DNA from: Betaproteobacteria bacterium | GTDB lineage: Bacteria; Pseudomonadota; Gammaproteobacteria; Burkholderiales; SG8-41 | Direction of reading: 5' to 3' | Assembly: GCA_003820645.1 (NCBI GenBank) | Contig: RPOR01000005.1 | Coordinates: 364 to 64,363, forward strand | Length of the DNA stretch: 64,000 nt | In this document: positions 60,952 through 64,000 of the stretch, in pieces | Layout of the letters: each line of letters begins with the position of its first letter | Numbering within the stretch: the first letter of the stretch is position 1 | Translations under genes and position numbers: made by a program | Notes under the pieces: generated by a model | The model's database searches: none | What the model was told of the DNA's origin: nothing | The model's input: only the letters and a program-made list of their open reading frames with translations

Positions 60952-61977
60952 ATGTCAGCAAATGATCTCGCCGCCATCGCCCGGGCAATGGTTGCGCCGG
61001 GCAAAGGCATACTTGCCGCCGATGAAAGCACCGGTACCATCGAAAAACGCTTCCAGAGCATCGACGTCGCGAACACCGAAGAAAATCGCCGCGCCTATCG
61101 TGACATGCTGTTTTCCACACGGGGACTGGGCGATCACATCAGCGGGGTGATTCTCTATGATGAAACGCTGCGCCAGAAATCCGTGACCGGTACCCCATTT
61201 GTCGAAGTGATGTCCCAAAACGGCATTCTTCCCGGCATCAAGGTCGACACCGGTGCCAAGGATCTGCCGCTGTGCCCGGGCGAGAAAATCACCGAAGGTC
61301 TGGACAATCTGCCGAAACGCTGCAGCGAATACGTCAAGCTCGGCGCCAAGTTTGCCAAATGGCGCGCCGTGATCGACATCGGCCGCGACATGCCGAGTTC
61401 GACCTGCATTGCGGCCAATGCCCATGCGCTGGCGCGTTATGCGGCGATCTGCCTGGAAGCCGGTCTGGTGCCCATTGTCGAACCCGAAGTGCTGATGGAC
61501 GGCGATCACAGCATCGAGCGGTGCGAAGAAGTCACCGAATGGACGCTGAATGCAGTGTACGAAGCGCTGTACCTGAACCGCGTGGTGCTGGAGCACACGG
61601 TACTCAAGCCGTCGATGGTCATCTCCGGCAAAAAATGCCCGAAACAGGCGCCCGTGGACGAGGTTGCCGCGCGCACCGTGCGTGTCCTCAAACGCAGCGT
61701 ACCGGCGGCCGTCGCCGGCATCGTGTTCCTCTCGGGTGGCCAGAGCGATGAAGTGGCGACCGCCCACCTCAACTCGATGAACCAGCAGTTCAAGGGCAAT
61801 CTGCCGTGGCCGCTGTCGTTTTCGTACGGTCGCGCTTTGCAGCAGCCGGCACTGAAAGCTTGGCGGGGCGCGGCCGCCAACGTTGCCGCGGCCCAGGCCG
61901 CGCTGGCGCATCGTGCGAAAATGAACGGACTGGCGAGCCTCGGCCGCTACGCGACCGCGCTGGAGCGCCAAGGCTGA
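60952..61977 (+). CDS. fba: Fructose-bisphosphate aldolase, class I
   Basis: 341 aa with the class I (Schiff-base) hallmarks GILAADES, IKVDTG, a LKPSMV active-site Lys region and FSYGRALQ. Confidence 0.9.
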   Translation: MSANDLAAIARAMVAPGKGILAADESTGTIEKRFQSIDVANTEENRRAYRDMLFSTRGLGDHISGVILYDETLRQKSVTGTPFVEVMSQNGILPGIKVDTGAKDLPLCPGEKITEGLDNLPKRCSEYVKLGAKFAKWRAVIDIGRDMPSSTCIAANAHALARYAAICLEAGLVPIVEPEVLMDGDHSIERCEEVTEWTLNAVYEALYLNRVVLEHTVLKPSMVISGKKCPKQAPVDEVAARTVRVLKRSVPAAVAGIVFLSGGQSDEVATAHLNSMNQQFKGNLPWPLSFSYGRALQQPALKAWRGAAANVAAAQAALAHRAKMNGLASLGRYATALERQG

Positions 61978-62036
61978 TCGGAAAATTCTAACATAAAATC
62001 AGATACTTAAATAAATCAGTTAGCGCTCGCTCCAAA

Positions 62037-63125
62037 ATGCGGCTGCCCGTCTCCATCATCACCGGGTTCCTGGGCAGCGGCAAAACAACGTTGCTAAACC
62101 GGCTGTTGCAGGACCCGGCAATGGCCGGCGCCGCGGTGATCATCAACGAGTTCGGCGAGATCGGACTCGATCACCTGCTGATCGCCACCCCCAACGAAAA
62201 CACCGTGCTGCTGGCCAGCGGTTGCATCTGCTGCACGGTGCGCGGTGACCTCGTCAATACGCTGCGCGACCTCGACAAGCAACGGCGTCAGGGCGACCTG
62301 CCGCCGTTCGACCGCGTGCTGATCGAAACCACCGGCCTCGCCGATCCGGTGCCCATCGCACAGACCGTCGTCACCGACGAAAAGCTGGCGCCCACTTACA
62401 TGCTCGACAGCGTCATCACGCTGGTCGATGGCGTCAACGGCTTGCAGCAACTCGATACTCAGCCCGAGTCGGTCAAGCAGGCGGCCCTGGCGGACCGCCT
62501 GCTGATCACCAAGACCGATCGGCCGGAAGCGACTGCCGTAGCGGCGCTGACTGAGCGGCTGGCCGAGCTCAACCCCGGGGCCGAGGTACTGACGGTCACT
62601 CATGGCGTGATCGCGCCGTCCGCACTGTTCGATGCAACGCTGGAACCGGAAGCGCGTGCGGCTGACGTCGCGCGCTGGCTGCGTGAAGCGCAATACGTCC
62701 GGGTCGAGGCCAGCCAAAGCCGCATCGGTGCTGTCGCCGGAGCGCATGATGCCGGCATCCGTTCCTGCAGCATTCGGCTCGACGGGCCGGTCACTGCCGC
62801 CGGGCTGACGGCGTGGTTGACCGCCATCGCCTCGCTGCGCGGCGCCGAACTGCTCCGCGTCAAGGGTCTGCTCAATGTCGACGGCAACCCGGTTGCAGTG
62901 CATGCAGTGCAGACGCTGATCCATGAGCCGGTGATGCTGGCGCGCTGGCCCGATGCCGAGCGCCGCTCCCGCCTGGTATTCATCACTCGCGGCATGGATC
63001 GCAATGCCATCGAGGGCACGTTGGGTATATTGCGCTGGCACTCGACGGCGTCGGCCGGCGGAGTACCGAAACCCGATCCGCAGGCCTACGCACGCTTTCT
63101 CGCGGTCATCGAAAAGATGCACTGA
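62037..63125 (+). CDS. COG0523/CobW-family G3E GTPase (putative metallochaperone)
   Basis: 362 aa with P-loop GFLGSGKTTLLN, the family-defining GCICCT (CxCC) motif, ETTGLADP and a C-terminal CobW_C-like domain. Confidence 0.88.
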   Translation: MRLPVSIITGFLGSGKTTLLNRLLQDPAMAGAAVIINEFGEIGLDHLLIATPNENTVLLASGCICCTVRGDLVNTLRDLDKQRRQGDLPPFDRVLIETTGLADPVPIAQTVVTDEKLAPTYMLDSVITLVDGVNGLQQLDTQPESVKQAALADRLLITKTDRPEATAVAALTERLAELNPGAEVLTVTHGVIAPSALFDATLEPEARAADVARWLREAQYVRVEASQSRIGAVAGAHDAGIRSCSIRLDGPVTAAGLTAWLTAIASLRGAELLRVKGLLNVDGNPVAVHAVQTLIHEPVMLARWPDAERRSRLVFITRGMDRNAIEGTLGILRWHSTASAGGVPKPDPQAYARFLAVIEKMH

Positions 63126-63252
63126 TTCATGACGGACTCTGGCTTGACAAGCGAGAAGTGATTAATTAGCTTCCAAGCTTAATTGCAAACGCTTGCATTT
63201 TGCCCTGGCGCCGTGGTCGCGGCACATCGTTTCCCCCGAAGGAGTCTCCCGC

Positions 63253-64000
63253 ATGTTCGAATTCAAACCCGTTGAGGCCAAAGGGCCGGTCCGCATACTC
63301 AAAGGCGGCGTGCTGATCGATGGTAACGGCGGCAAGCCGGTCAAGGATCCGGTGATCCTGCTTGAGGGTCGCCGCATCAAGCAGGTTGGCACCAAAGGCA
63401 AGATCAAGATTCCCGCAAAAGCGGAAGTCATCGATTGCGGCACGGCAACCCTGATGCCGGGGCTGATGGATGTGCATCTGCACACGATGATGTTCAACTG
63501 CCTGACCTTCCACAATTACCGCGTCGCGCAGTGGGAAATCACGCCCGAACTGCAGCAGATGTACGGCCTGTTCCATGCCCAGCTGTGTTTCGACATGGGC
63601 TTCACGACGCTGCGCGACCTCGGGCTCAACTCCGGTCGCGGCCTGCTCACTGCGCATCTGTGCGCGATCCGCGATTCGATCAATGCCGGCGTCATCGAAG
63701 GTCCGCGCATGCTGATCGGCGGCTTCACCACCATCACCGGCTCCCATCTCGACCTGATCCAGCCGCGGGCTGCGCAGCGCTACGGTTTCCAGACGGCCGA
63801 CGGCCCGTGGGAGTTGCGCAAGCTGGCGCGCACCAATCTGCTCGCGGGCTGTGACATCGTCAAGACCTGCGCCACCGGCGGCGGCGGGACCGACAAGGAA
63901 GAACCGGACATCCGCAACATGACGCAGGAGGAGATCGACGCGATCGTTGATGAAGCGCACGCTTTTCACAAGGTTGCCGCGGTCCACTGCTTCACGCCGG
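63253..64000 (+). CDS. Metal-dependent amidohydrolase-family protein, 3'-truncated by the window edge
   Basis: Not in the ORF track because it is open at the window end. ATG 63253 is preceded by GAAGGAG. The translation reads MFEFKPVEAKGPVRILKGGVLIDGNG...TLMPGLMDVHLHTMM..., that is an N-terminal composite domain followed by the HxH metal-binding motif of the amidohydrolase superfamily. Confidence 0.8.
   Translation, partial: MFEFKPVEAKGPVRILKGGVLIDGNGGKPVKDPVILLEGRRIKQVGTKGKIKIPAKAEVIDCGTATLMPGLMDVHLHTMMFNCLTFHNYRVAQWEITPELQQMYGLFHAQLCFDMGFTTLRDLGLNSGRGLLTAHLCAIRDSINAGVIEGPRMLIGGFTTITGSHLDLIQPRAAQRYGFQTADGPWELRKLARTNLLAGCDIVKTCATGGGGTDKEEPDIRNMTQEEIDAIVDEAHAFHKVAAVHCFTP

Overview
GC-rich bacterial chromosomal core segment. 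The gene content and order are pilQ-aroK-aroB-dgt, gltBD, hemE, priA, argS-SPOR-dsbA-dsbA-SDR on the + strand; glmS-glmU, atpCDGAHFEBI, parBA, rsmG, mnmG, mnmE, yidC, rnpA, rpmH on the - strand; then dnaA-dnaN-gyrB without recF; topB-dprA-LysM; def-fmt-rsmB-DUF4390-ntrYX; tkt-gap-pgk-pyk-fba; a COG0523 GTPase; and an amidohydrolase. This looks proteobacterial and most like a betaproteobacterium, but that is an inference from synteny only because no search was possible. I annotate 51 protein-coding genes that tile the window almost completely; the largest unexplained gaps are about 100-310 nt. Two of these genes are missing from the ORF track: rpmH (44 aa, below the length threshold) and a 3'-open amidohydrolase at the right edge. 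Several ORF-track starts are corrected: gltB, priA, dsbA, SDR, atpH, mnmE, ntrY and tkt. I saw no rRNA, tRNA, CRISPR array, transposase, integrase, phage gene or recognisable defence gene. My conclusion is that this is an ordinary, highly conserved origin-proximal housekeeping region, and I do not find a convincing novel multi-gene system in it. The items worth a second look are mostly cis elements. (1) Two parS sites are arranged as a perfect 19-bp inverted repeat between mnmE and mnmG. (2) A three-box DnaA-box cluster with an adjacent AT-rich tract lies in the hemE-priA spacer, while the canonical rpmH-dnaA spacer appears box-free. (3) The dnaA-dnaN spacer is AT-rich. There are also a few protein-level oddities: an NtrX-like regulator with a degenerate AAA+ module, tandem DsbA paralogues, a Topo III-type enzyme next to dprA, a class I aldolase, and a COG0523-amidohydrolase pair.
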